From positions 1-64,000 of the forward strand of contig CAWJKT010000004.1 in NCBI GenBank assembly GCA_963843375.1: a DNA stretch of 64,000 nucleotides, written 5' to 3'. Below are positions 36,801 through 46,088 of this stretch, piece by piece (position 1 is the first letter of the stretch; each line of letters starts with the position of its first letter). A model generated the notes under the pieces. That model did not search any database. It was not told the DNA's origin and was given only the letters and a program-made list of their open reading frames with translations. This stretch comes from an uncultured Pseudomonadota bacterium. GTDB lineage: Bacteria; Oederibacteriota; Muellerivitia; Muellerivitales; Muellerivitaceae. Both the position numbers and the translations under genes were made by a program.

Positions 36801-37064
36801 TCAGGTTTGGACAGCAGTGGACAGCCGTGGACGGTCTGTCACACCAAATTTGCGTTGGGCTGAATCGCGAGCTATTGATGTAGGCGCATTCAGCACTTCG
36901 CGCGACTTCAGCCATGCGTCGATCTGCTCCTGGGAGAACAGTCGGCGCCTGCCAACTCGAATGCTGGGAGGCAGATCCGCTCCGCGGGCAAGATTGTTGC
37001 GGATGGTTCCGGGGGTCAGGCGAAGTGCTTGGGCAAGCTCATTGATCGTGATGAGGCGAGTCAT
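36801..37064 (-). CDS. AlpA/excisionase-like HTH protein (putative recombination directionality factor)
   Basis: LITINELAQALRLTPGTIRN..LPPSIRVGRRRLF..IDAWL. Confidence 0.8.
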   Translation of the reverse strand: MTRLITINELAQALRLTPGTIRNNLARGADLPPSIRVGRRRLFSQEQIDAWLKSREVLNAPTSIARDSAQRKFGVTDRPRLSTAVQT

Positions 37065-37093
37065 ATGCGGCGGTCCTATGAAGGGGCGAGGAC

Positions 37094-38305
37094 TTGCAAG
37101 ACTGCCGCACAGATTCCGGCCTGCGAATTCAGAAAGAGGCAACTAGGGCGAGGACTTTCTGTATGCGACCTCTTGTACTGGATCGAGTTGAAAAAGGACG
37201 GAACTGGCCGGGGATGCGAACCGGCCGGCCCTCCCAGGATTCTGCGCCTCGTCCGCGCGGCCCAAAGGCCAGGCCGACTTTACAACTTTGGGAACATGCA
37301 ACCTGGCGGGCACGCATGCGGGCGTGGTGCAACCAACTGAAGTCAGTGCTACTCGGGACAGACCATGACCCGGGACTCTCACAGGCCTACCGGGTTGTGC
37401 AGTCGGTCGATTGCCCAATCGATAGCCCCGCCACGTGGCTTAGTTGGTGGGACGGAGAGGCGGTACCTCGCCCGACTCACATAGCGGCGGCGAATTTGAT
37501 TTCACCGGGGTCCGTGGAACTTCTCGACCTAACGGAAATGCGCACCCCCGTCTCCAGACACTTTCTCGCGCTCGACATCGTCAACACCCTTTTCCGGCGG
37601 ATCGGACGCCCCAGCGACTATCGCCGAGAGCAGGCCAATCGACTCCTGCACGGATTGAACGATGCATGGGTGTCCTTCTTGGACACCTCACCACCCGGGA
37701 AGACGAATCGCTACAACGTCGAGAATCAGATTGGCAAGTCCACGTTGACACTGCTTGGGACCGTCGAGTTGACGCTAGATCAATTCATCGCGCTGGAGCG
37801 CCTGGGAAACAATCCAGGGCGGTGGGCGATGCCGAGTGAGGCGTTGCTTGAGTACAACTGGCTCGAACCGCTCAGCATCTTTCGATTCCTAGTGCGACTT
37901 GCGGGCTCCAATAAACTATCGCATCCAAAGCTTCTAGAAATGTGGGCCCACGATCTCGCAACAGCGACGATTCTCGTTCGCACGCTCGCCGAGGTAGCAG
38001 ATCGGAGACTTCCTCAGTTCCCGCTCCTCCGAATGGGCGTCGCTGGAGCAATGCACATTTTGGCTTCCATGACATTCTCAACACCGCCAAATATGATCGC
38101 CAGCGAGGATGCCTGCGGAATTGCCATCAATCTCTTTGCCGGCGACGCCCAGTTGGCATTGGCCAATCTGCATGCGGCTCGCGCTTGTTACTACGGCGCG
38201 TTTGCCGACCTCGGGATTTCCGAGCGAGCGCTTCAATCACTCAATGGCACGCATTGGGAGAAGACTTGGGACGGCGCATTCGCAGCTGCACGAGCGAGAA
38301 TCTAG
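37094..38305 (+). CDS. Hypothetical protein divergent from the Xis-like gene; start uncertain
   Basis: Long 403 aa ORF, no recognised motif. Confidence 0.6.
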   Translation: MQDCRTDSGLRIQKEATRARTFCMRPLVLDRVEKGRNWPGMRTGRPSQDSAPRPRGPKARPTLQLWEHATWRARMRAWCNQLKSVLLGTDHDPGLSQAYRVVQSVDCPIDSPATWLSWWDGEAVPRPTHIAAANLISPGSVELLDLTEMRTPVSRHFLALDIVNTLFRRIGRPSDYRREQANRLLHGLNDAWVSFLDTSPPGKTNRYNVENQIGKSTLTLLGTVELTLDQFIALERLGNNPGRWAMPSEALLEYNWLEPLSIFRFLVRLAGSNKLSHPKLLEMWAHDLATATILVRTLAEVADRRLPQFPLLRMGVAGAMHILASMTFSTPPNMIASEDACGIAINLFAGDAQLALANLHAARACYYGAFADLGISERALQSLNGTHWEKTWDGAFAAARARI

Positions 38306-38640
38306 CGCAACGCGAATCGCCTACGGCGCGGTGGCTAAGTCCAGCAGGAGGGACTCTGTCAGGAGACCATGGAAGTGAATTTCGAATGGCAATGCGGGGA
38401 TGAAGGCCATGTCTATACTTAAAGCAATACTCACTCGGACCCAAACATCGTGTAATTTCGGCGTCGGGGCCTACTGGAATTATACCGGTGTTCTGAGGAT
38501 AGGAAAGTCCTGGGGAAACGAAGTGCATCGCTGCGTATTTCGACTTTCCAGGAAGGTCATATTGATAAGTCCGTCCACCCAGGTATTTCTGACGAACGGT
38601 AACGTGTAGTTGATCGCCAATACATGTTGAGGATCTGCCA

Positions 38641-39417
38641 ATGGATGCCGTTGCTCGGTCTGTGCCCGTGGGAATTCACGCGGATGCTTCCCTTCGAGAG
38701 AAGCTGTTCAGCTTCTTCTTGGAGACGCAGACGGGTCCGGAGCTCGGAGATTGGCTGAAAGACATCGGCCAAGACTCTCGCGGATCAGTGTCGGAACGGC
38801 AGACTCGGATTAGGGCGCACAGCAAATATCCGACGATGCTGCCCGCCGAGTTTCCCGCACAAACGGAAGCATATCTCCAGCACTATACGGCAGGCGATCT
38901 GGCCGACCTTTGCGATGACATCGGCGTGTTGAATGAGGGCAATAAGGATACGTTGTATCGCCGTGTCATGCGGGAGGTGCACTACCGGGAAGGGTGGTTG
39001 CCTCGGGTCGAACCGGGATCAGTAACCCCACGTGCTGACGTGGTAATGCAGTTCTTGGCGTGGTTTCCAATAACGAAAAGCGGTAAGTACGAGAAGGACT
39101 ATTACGCGGTTATTCACGATGAGTTAAATGAGGTATTCAGTGGCGTTGTCTACGAGCAGCAGCCCATAGCTCACGGAACGACGCTGAAAATCGATTTCCA
39201 TGTGGGGAGTCCGCAAGGCCTTGGAGTTGGCATCGAAGTAAAAATGCCGACCAGTAATTCTGAGATTCAGAAGGCGCTGGGGCAGGTAGATCAGTACCAA
39301 CGCTGCTACGGCGACGAGTTGATTCTGTTTGTCCTGATAGATTTCCTGAAAAAGGCCGAGATCCATTTCTTTCGGGAAGAATTGGTACGTAAGCGCATAC
39401 GAGCAGTTTTCCGATAG
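38641..39417 (+). CDS. PD-(D/E)XK nuclease-like protein with SAP-like N-terminal motifs
   Basis: KIDFHV..GIEVK..ALGQVDQY; LADLCDDIGVLNEGNKDTLYRRV. Confidence 0.6.
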   Translation: MDAVARSVPVGIHADASLREKLFSFFLETQTGPELGDWLKDIGQDSRGSVSERQTRIRAHSKYPTMLPAEFPAQTEAYLQHYTAGDLADLCDDIGVLNEGNKDTLYRRVMREVHYREGWLPRVEPGSVTPRADVVMQFLAWFPITKSGKYEKDYYAVIHDELNEVFSGVVYEQQPIAHGTTLKIDFHVGSPQGLGVGIEVKMPTSNSEIQKALGQVDQYQRCYGDELILFVLIDFLKKAEIHFFREELVRKRIRAVFR

Positions 39418-39567
39418 TTGCCGGTCTACACAGCCTTGATCTTCGCTGTGCTCCGCGCGATGTTCCACTGGTTCAAGATCGCGACGGCCGTAGGTGATTC
39501 ATCGGAGGGCTCAAGTTGCCCATAGCGTAGGGTAAGCACATATGAACCGACTGAAGCAGAACGCAAA

Positions 39568-40431
39568 TCATCGTGTCACCCAAGGCAACTGTTCGTAGTA
39601 CTGCAGGACCGCGGAGTAGGCGCTCGTGAAGTCAGGCAATTGGCTTGCGATTTCGTCTTGCAGCAAATCGTAGTCCTTCTCCGACCGGCGTCGGACTTCA
39701 GGGTCTGAAATGGACTGCTGAGTGGCACTGAGACCGCGGGCCACGCATTTCGCGCGAATCGCTTGGAGCACGCTTTGCTGGAACTCGGGGCCTTGTACTT
39801 CAGGTCGAGAGAGCAGTCGATACAGATCATAGACGTTTTGCCTACGGTCACGGTGTCGCACTGGTTGCTGAAGCATGGCTCGGTATTTCTCGGCCATTAG
39901 ATCAGTTAGGGCGGATGCCTGAACGCTGCCTCCTCCAGGTACCGGGACCAACTCAATGGCAGTTATGACTTCGTTGTAGCTCAGATCCAGCGCGACGGTG
40001 CTTGAGGAACGACCTCGCAATAGAGATCGATGACGTGGACCGTCAGCCTTTGGGGCGTAGCCGATTCGGATCTTGAGGGTCTGCCAGTTTCGACCTTCTC
40101 CCGGAGGACGAAGTTCCTGGCTTTGGATTCGGCAATCCAATCCATAGTCCAGTTCTTCTACAAGTTGCTGGAGGGCTATTCGCAATTCTTCGATTACGCC
40201 ATCGACGGCGACTTCGCGCGTGCTTTCCTTCACGGAGAAGTCGATATCGCGAGTGAAGCGGTCACCATTGTATTCAAGGGCCAAGAGAATACCGCCCTTT
40301 AACACAACCAACTTGGGGAGGCGCGGTGCTTTTGAGACTGCAGCTATGACGGTATGCACGGCCATTCGCAGTTCCCGCGTGGCTACATCCGGCGTGTTGC
40401 TGACCCATGCCTCGAGGACTTTCGCCTCCAC
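39568..40431 (-). CDS. AbiEii/AbiGii nucleotidyltransferase toxin
   Basis: VLKGG..RFTRDIDF, AEKYRAM, YDL. Confidence 0.88.
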   Translation of the reverse strand: MEAKVLEAWVSNTPDVATRELRMAVHTVIAAVSKAPRLPKLVVLKGGILLALEYNGDRFTRDIDFSVKESTREVAVDGVIEELRIALQQLVEELDYGLDCRIQSQELRPPGEGRNWQTLKIRIGYAPKADGPRHRSLLRGRSSSTVALDLSYNEVITAIELVPVPGGGSVQASALTDLMAEKYRAMLQQPVRHRDRRQNVYDLYRLLSRPEVQGPEFQQSVLQAIRAKCVARGLSATQQSISDPEVRRRSEKDYDLLQDEIASQLPDFTSAYSAVLQYYEQLPWVTR

Positions 40432-40437
40432 CTGACG

Positions 40438-41349
40438 CTAATCCGAATTCAGCGAAAGGCACCACTTCTCAGAGTATGTGGAGCTGTAAGGTTGATTGGG
40501 CACCAGCTTGCGCGAGCCACCGCGCTTTGCGTGCCGCCGCCATTCCGCGAAGGATGGGGAACTGAGACCGCATCGCTCTTCAAGCACGTACCCCGCCCGC
40601 ACTTTGTCAATGTCCGTGCCGTGCTGATCGACTTCGGCGATTATCAACGATAAGTACTCACGGGCATGTGCTTCATATGTATCAATCACATGCTGGATTC
40701 CCCCGCACAGGTCTGCGTCTCTTAGCATATCCAAGAAGGTTCGCCCGAGCGTGGAAACACGGATTCCATGGGGCTCCAATTTCTTGAATGCCCCGTGGTG
40801 ACTACTCCGCGCGAAATGCACCGGCTGCCCCAAGATCTTTTCGAATTTCGAACGCCTCAGTGTCGGGAATCCGGCCTCCACGTACGCTTGGGTATCCGCC
40901 CCAAGATCCTTCTCCATCTGCTCCATTGCAAATCCGCGCCACTGCCGAGGTGCGGGTGATGACGCGAATATCGTATGCGGTATGCGATCAGTCAAACCAT
41001 GAATCGCCATAGCGCTGAGATGCGATAGGTAAGCAAATGGGTCCGCAACACACAGTAGGTCGTGCGCTTCGGGGTCGGTCGTGCCAAGGAGAGTATAGAG
41101 AGATCCGGCCGGAAACCCGCGGACCGGACGAATGACGCCGTGGGCGTCGAGGAAGTTCAGTACCTCGACGAAATGCCGTCGCTCTGGTTCTGGCTTACGA
41201 ACCTCAAGGCGCCTGCCATTAATTCCGCCGGCTCGGTAGACGCCGAAAATCTTCTTACCCAATTCGTACGCGGTAATGGCGCGAGCCTTGAGATCGGAGA
41301 GGGCGAGCGAAGCCGCTTGGGGGAGAGAAATGGTGGATCTGGATGTCAT
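40438..41349 (-). CDS. AbiEi-type antitoxin / transcriptional regulator
   Basis: PFAYLSHLSAMAIHGLTDRIP, RTFLDML..CGG; upstream of AbiEii. Confidence 0.8.
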   Translation of the reverse strand: MTSRSTISLPQAASLALSDLKARAITAYELGKKIFGVYRAGGINGRRLEVRKPEPERRHFVEVLNFLDAHGVIRPVRGFPAGSLYTLLGTTDPEAHDLLCVADPFAYLSHLSAMAIHGLTDRIPHTIFASSPAPRQWRGFAMEQMEKDLGADTQAYVEAGFPTLRRSKFEKILGQPVHFARSSHHGAFKKLEPHGIRVSTLGRTFLDMLRDADLCGGIQHVIDTYEAHAREYLSLIIAEVDQHGTDIDKVRAGYVLEERCGLSSPSFAEWRRHAKRGGSRKLVPNQPYSSTYSEKWCLSLNSD

Positions 41350-41383
41350 CTGCTATATGTCCTGAGGACATATAGCAGATGAC
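41345..41383. promoter_or_regulatory. Perfect 39-bp palindrome over the AbiEi start codon (putative operator)
   Basis: GTCATCTGCTATATGTCCT-G-AGGACATATAGCAGATGAC. Confidence 0.7.
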
Positions 41384-41435
41384 TTCAAACTCTGTCAAGC
41401 TCCTAGTCGGAATCAGGTCATTGACTTGGGGTTCC

Positions 41436-41480
41436 CGCACCCCTTACAATGCGTCCTAAGGACGCATTGTAAGGGGTGCG
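41436..41480. repeat. Perfect 45-bp palindrome upstream of abiE
   Basis: CGCACCCCTTACAATGCGTCCT-A-AGGACGCATTGTAAGGGGTGCG. Confidence 0.85.
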
Positions 41481-41768
41481 TAGACCCGAGCTTGAACTCC
41501 TCTCGAGTACTCATAAGCCTTGCGCAAATCATCCTTGTAGGCAACTTCGAAGCTCTAAACCCGCTTCCGCACAGCCGCGTTCGCGGGTTCACATCGCACA
41601 AATTATCAATTAATTCATGGTATTAGATTACAATACTGCTACGCTTTAGCTCCCGTAACAACTGCGCTACAGATTCTTTTTCTGTGATGAAACCTAACCC
41701 AAAAACTCTGTACGGACGCTGGTACGGGTTCCGACGAGATTCTTTTCAAGCCCTGGTTGGGAACATTG

Positions 41769-42632
41769 ATGATTTCCCGTTCAATTACCGCCGCTGATAT
41801 TACTCAGTACCTTCAGGACCGGGATGATTTCGATCTTGAACTGTTCGCTCACCGATCATTGCGCGAAAGGGGGTGGGTAACCGCGCTTGGTGGAAGTTAC
41901 CTTGATCCGTTGCAGCCAGGGAAACTGCGGCAATTCGACGTGCGGGGACGACAACAGTTCAACGCCCGCGAGCGCGTGAAAATATTGCGAGAAGTTTATC
42001 TTGCCGTCGAGTGCAAGAGCCTTTCGCCAGAGTTTCCACTTGTAGTTTCGCGAGTTCCCCGGTCGGATATGGAGAATTCCCACGACGTCATCAAGCGTTG
42101 GCATCGTGAGGTACTAAACGATACGGCGTTTGGTGTGCTGAGCACCGGCCCCGAGACGATCCAGCTCTACGCGGCTTCGCAAATGGTGGGCAAATCTGCC
42201 ACGCAGATTCGTTGGCACGAGAACGGAAAGAAGTTAATAGCCTCCGATGCGGAGGGGTACGATAAGTGGTCCCAGGCGATGGCTTCTGCGTCAGAACTTG
42301 TGGATTCAGCTGCTAAGAACCCGCCGGACCCATCAGACCCTACCTTTGCCTTTGTTATGCCGGTGCTCCTTGTAAACGACGGCACGCTATGGGTTGTTGA
42401 CTATGCCGATGATGGCGTACGTCAGGAACCCACTATGGTGAACGATGCGCTTTTGTGGGTAGATCGAGAAGTCAAAATTGCAGGTAGGTACGAGACGAGC
42501 AGCTATCACCTGAGCCATCTGCACATTTACACGCGAAAGGGTTTCACAACTTTCCTAGATCAAATCGGGTCGCCGGGATCGATGCTATTGGAACGCATCT
42601 TCGGGTCGGTTGTTGCTAGAGAACTTAGTTAG
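41769..42632 (+). CDS. Restriction-endonuclease-like PD-(D/E)XK protein
   Basis: FDLE..SYLDP..RQFDVRG..LAVECKS. Confidence 0.6.
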   Translation: MISRSITAADITQYLQDRDDFDLELFAHRSLRERGWVTALGGSYLDPLQPGKLRQFDVRGRQQFNARERVKILREVYLAVECKSLSPEFPLVVSRVPRSDMENSHDVIKRWHREVLNDTAFGVLSTGPETIQLYAASQMVGKSATQIRWHENGKKLIASDAEGYDKWSQAMASASELVDSAAKNPPDPSDPTFAFVMPVLLVNDGTLWVVDYADDGVRQEPTMVNDALLWVDREVKIAGRYETSSYHLSHLHIYTRKGFTTFLDQIGSPGSMLLERIFGSVVARELS

Positions 42633-42685
42633 ACTAACTTCTCGCGAGAACCGCGACGGCTCCATGACTCGATAATCGCGTTTAA

Positions 42686-42982
42686 TCAGCCCTCGAGTAC
42701 CCGCCCTGTCAGGGCTTGGGCGTCATCGACAATGGCGTCGGACACTTCCGGGAATTCGCACACCTCCACGCGTCTTTCGCCTCCCTCAATCTTGGAGATG
42801 TAGGACCGGCTGCGGTTGAGTTTTGCGGATAGCTCCCACCGTGAGAGCCTAGCAGGCTTCCGGGCAAGTGATCCTCGAATTGGATCTCGTGCGAGATACC
42901 GGCGAATTGCGGCAAAGTAGTCGTCGCTGGACCGTTGGCCACCCTTACCTGCCCTTTTGCGCATCCTGCGGTGAGGTGGCAC
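42686..42982 (-). pseudogene. XRE-family HTH gene remnant
   Basis: LSRWELSAKLNRSRSYISKIEGGERRVEV with a degraded N-terminus. Confidence 0.55.
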
Positions 42983-43164
42983 TCCATTATTTTTCTATTC
43001 TTCGGAGCGCCGAAATGGGCGCAATCCCGATGTCGATTATTAATCGACTCCAAAAAGTGGAAGATGGTGTCACCTGGCACAGTTACGGGCAGCCGCCACG
43101 GACCCTTGCGCATAGATGTCGGTTTGCTACCTTCAGCGCGTATCCGACAACTGAGGCAAATATC

Positions 43165-43485
43165 ATGAATGCGATCAGCGCCAAGTGCGGCCACGTGAAG
43201 CGTCGGCTCAACAAGAATTGGCCACTGACCGAAGAGCTCCTGGCGTTCGCGCTCTCTGTCGTCGAACCGGCTGCAGTGAACGACGAATTCTCAAAGTTCT
43301 GCGCCGGCATTGCGGGCAAGTTGAGAAAGGGAACACCGCTCGGCAACTACGAACACCACATCATGGTCAACGTCCTGCTGCTGCACGTACGCCTGAGTAG
43401 CGGCGGAGCCGGCGCGCATCCATCCGTAGATCGCGGGAAAGATGTCACCGGGCCCGCAGACTCCGGGGCTACCAAACCTGCCTAG
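43165..43485 (+). CDS. Hypothetical protein
   Basis: GAGG RBS before ATG 43165, protein-like composition. Confidence 0.5.
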   Translation: MNAISAKCGHVKRRLNKNWPLTEELLAFALSVVEPAAVNDEFSKFCAGIAGKLRKGTPLGNYEHHIMVNVLLLHVRLSSGGAGAHPSVDRGKDVTGPADSGATKPA

Positions 43486-43536
43486 AATCGTCCGTCTCAC
43501 TCACCGATAGGGAGAGCTCTTTAGGTAATGTTCAGT

Positions 43537-43591
43537 TGCCCTCGGTTTTCGTTGATTTGTAAGGGCTATCAACCCCTTTTCTCACGGCAGG
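43537..43591 (+). repeat. Degenerate, truncated copy of the att junction
   Basis: TGCCCTCG..TCGTTGATTTGTAAGGG..TTTCTCACGGCAGG versus TGCCCTCG..TCGTTGATCTGTAAGGC..TTTCACACGGCAGG. Confidence 0.7.
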
Positions 43592-43603
43592 AATCTTTTT
43601 GGC

Positions 43604-43638
43604 GACCCCTGCTCTCGGACGGCAGGGTCGGCTCACCG
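43604..43638 (+). repeat. Site B copy 1
   Basis: GACCCCTGCT-CTCGGAC-GGCAGGGTCGGCTCACCG. Confidence 0.85.
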
Positions 43639-43659
43639 GGTCGGGCAGCCTGAGCCTAA

Positions 43660-44340
43660 TTACCTGCGCTTCCTTAATTTCCGACTTTTGTCCCTATGTT
43701 CCTTCGCATCACCTTGCGCGGCGGACCTAGCCGAAGCTGACATCACCGCCTCAGACATTCCAAGTGCTCGGGCAATCAATTCCCGCATCGCGTACAAGCG
43801 CGCCGCTTTCTCCTTCTGCGTCCAATTGAAAATCCCTTCTCCAAACAGAAAAAGAGATCCGGCCATGATGAATTGCACCGTCGAAAGCGCGTCCTTCACG
43901 TTGAAGACTCCTGCCTCTCGACCTTCCTCAACGATTCCAGCAAAAATCGGCCCCAGCACACGCACGGTTTCCACGTTGCTCCGATCATGCAACTCGCGAT
44001 TGACAGATGAGTGCAGATCCTCCACCACGCCCGCATTGCTATTCGCTAAACGCGAAAGCTCCGCAAAGATAGACTGGAACTTTTCGACCGGTCCCAGCTT
44101 TTGATCGCTGGCAATCGAACGAGACCGTTCTGCCATCGCTTCTACCAACTGCGTGGCGAGCGCTTCAAGGACCGCCTCCTTGGTGCGAAAGTAGTAATAG
44201 AACGTCCCCTTCGCGACTCCAGCCTCACGTACTATCTCTTCGACAGAGGTGTTCGAGTAACCAAGACGGCGAAAGAGCATATTTGCGATTTCCAGAATTT
44301 CGGCCCGCCGCACCGCTGGAGCTTTGACCGTTCTGCTCAT
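43660..44340 (-). CDS. TetR/AcrR family regulator
   Basis: GYSNTSVEEIVREAGVAKGTFYYYFRTKE. Confidence 0.92.
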   Translation of the reverse strand: MSRTVKAPAVRRAEILEIANMLFRRLGYSNTSVEEIVREAGVAKGTFYYYFRTKEAVLEALATQLVEAMAERSRSIASDQKLGPVEKFQSIFAELSRLANSNAGVVEDLHSSVNRELHDRSNVETVRVLGPIFAGIVEEGREAGVFNVKDALSTVQFIMAGSLFLFGEGIFNWTQKEKAARLYAMRELIARALGMSEAVMSASARSAAQGDAKEHRDKSRKLRKRR

Positions 44341-44343
44341 GGC

Positions 44344-45210
44344 CTAGCGAGTTCCCGAGAGCCGAGGAGGATTCGCCGTATGCAGGCTCGAAGTCTCGGA
44401 GAAAAACAGTTGGCGATTCTTCATGACGACGACTGCTGCGACGATGATCAAAATGCCTGTCTGAATTAGCTTAGTGCGAGGATGAGGAGAAAACAGCTCG
44501 TTGAAGAACCCGGAGGTCACGTGAAACAGTGCCGCAATCCATATGTTCCTTGCGGCCCGGGTGTAAAGCCAATTCATCAGAAAGACGACGGGAAAAATGC
44601 TGACCGGGAAGTTAACCAGCTCCCAAATTCCGGTCTTCATCAAATTGCTATGGTAGTAGCCATCGACCAGCACTAAGGGTGCATGCCAGATACCCCAAAA
44701 CGTGGAGAAAATTATGCAGGTGGCAAAGAGAGTGAACCGGCGGCGGAGAGTATCGGTGCCGTAGGTATGCCAGGCCATCTCCTCGATGACGGGTACGACG
44801 AGCAGAACTGCCCATGTCGACACCACTCCCGAAGTAAAGGACGGCGTAGTCGCGATGCGAAACTGCGAAGCGTCGTAACCAAAGAGTAGCGAGATAAAGA
44901 TGGCGAGTAGGATACTTGCCGGCATGAGCCCCAGAGCCAATAGCCAATACACCGGCTTTGCGGCAGAGATATTGCGGAGACGGCGGCAACAGTCAGACCT
45001 GAGATGCCGATCTGCACCTATCATGGTGAAGGCCACGAACATCGGCGCAACGATTCCGAGAAGTCCGAAAAGACTCAATAGAGCCGCGAGCCGCGGCGAA
45101 GGCGCCACCCGATGACTGATCCATATGGCCCCGAGCCAAAAGGCCCAAGGAATGGCGGTGGATAGGCCATAAAAGAGCCACGGTCGACGGTAATGATCCA
45201 AAGGAGCCAT
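44344..45210 (-). CDS. CPBP (CAAX/Abi) intramembrane metalloprotease
   Basis: EEMAWH, WGIWHAP, ALFH motifs, multiple TM helices. Confidence 0.85.
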   Translation of the reverse strand: MAPLDHYRRPWLFYGLSTAIPWAFWLGAIWISHRVAPSPRLAALLSLFGLLGIVAPMFVAFTMIGADRHLRSDCCRRLRNISAAKPVYWLLALGLMPASILLAIFISLLFGYDASQFRIATTPSFTSGVVSTWAVLLVVPVIEEMAWHTYGTDTLRRRFTLFATCIIFSTFWGIWHAPLVLVDGYYHSNLMKTGIWELVNFPVSIFPVVFLMNWLYTRAARNIWIAALFHVTSGFFNELFSPHPRTKLIQTGILIIVAAVVVMKNRQLFFSETSSLHTANPPRLSGTR

Positions 45211-45257
45211 CTGTGAACGTCATAAGCATGGCGCTACGGCCAGCAGCCACCCTATCA

Positions 45258-45274
45258 ACTGACCGACGGTCAGT
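45258..45274. promoter_or_regulatory. TetR-type operator upstream of CPBP-tetR operon
   Basis: Palindrome ACTGACCG-A-CGGTCAGT. Confidence 0.65.
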
Positions 45275-45392
45275 CAATTCTGCGGCGCGATTGGATGATT
45301 ATTTGCAATGCCAGGAGTGGGCCGGCGATTAACCATTCGGTCTCACCGCATTGACTTCCCGGGCGCTATCCAGGCGGGCGCAGTCGATAAAG

Positions 45393-45935
45393 TTACTTGT
45401 ATGGCTGCCCGATCATCAGGCTAGGGTGATAGGGATCAATTGAAACCGAACCCGCTTCGAGATCGAGTTCAAGAATGTAATGAGACCCCGACTTTGCATT
45501 GAAGGCACCTATTTTTCTCCAGGTCGTTCCTTCCTCGTTCGCATTGCGCGCCCAGTCCCACGCACCAGCGGGCGCAGATCCGGTGTCGACCAGCCGACCC
45601 GACTGCCGCAATTTCCATTTGACTGCGCCGAGCGGGGGCGCTGCGGCTCTGCAGCGTTCGGCCGTCACGGGCGCTGAGGTGAGAGCCAAGCAGGTCGAAC
45701 CGTCTAATCGCCGGGTCCCTACACCGATCATGATTCGATAATCTTGCGTATCTGGAATTTGAAATTCGCGAGTCTGAAAATATCCGGTAGACGGCGACAG
45801 CGGTACCTGAAATGGTGCATAGAAGCGACGTTCTTGATACGTCATGGCGGCGGTCACGGCTGCGATGGCAGCCACGGCGATGAGGGCGCGTGTGATAGGG
45901 GTCTTATGGTTCAGGGCCCGGTCAATTAATGACAT
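45393..45935 (-). CDS. Hypothetical exported protein
   Basis: N-terminal hydrophobic anchor, beta-rich body. Confidence 0.6.
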   Translation of the reverse strand: MSLIDRALNHKTPITRALIAVAAIAAVTAAMTYQERRFYAPFQVPLSPSTGYFQTREFQIPDTQDYRIMIGVGTRRLDGSTCLALTSAPVTAERCRAAAPPLGAVKWKLRQSGRLVDTGSAPAGAWDWARNANEEGTTWRKIGAFNAKSGSHYILELDLEAGSVSIDPYHPSLMIGQPYK

Positions 45936-46088
45936 GCGATGTGTGCCTCTTAGGACGCCATCCAGGTGACGAAGTTTGGGTCAAAATTGCTCGTTGTCTA
46001 AGTGCTGACGGGCGTCATGGCCGTCTCCGTCCGAGATGCTCGCTCTTGCCTGTCATTGATCAGGCACGGTCAGTCGACGTTGACGGGA

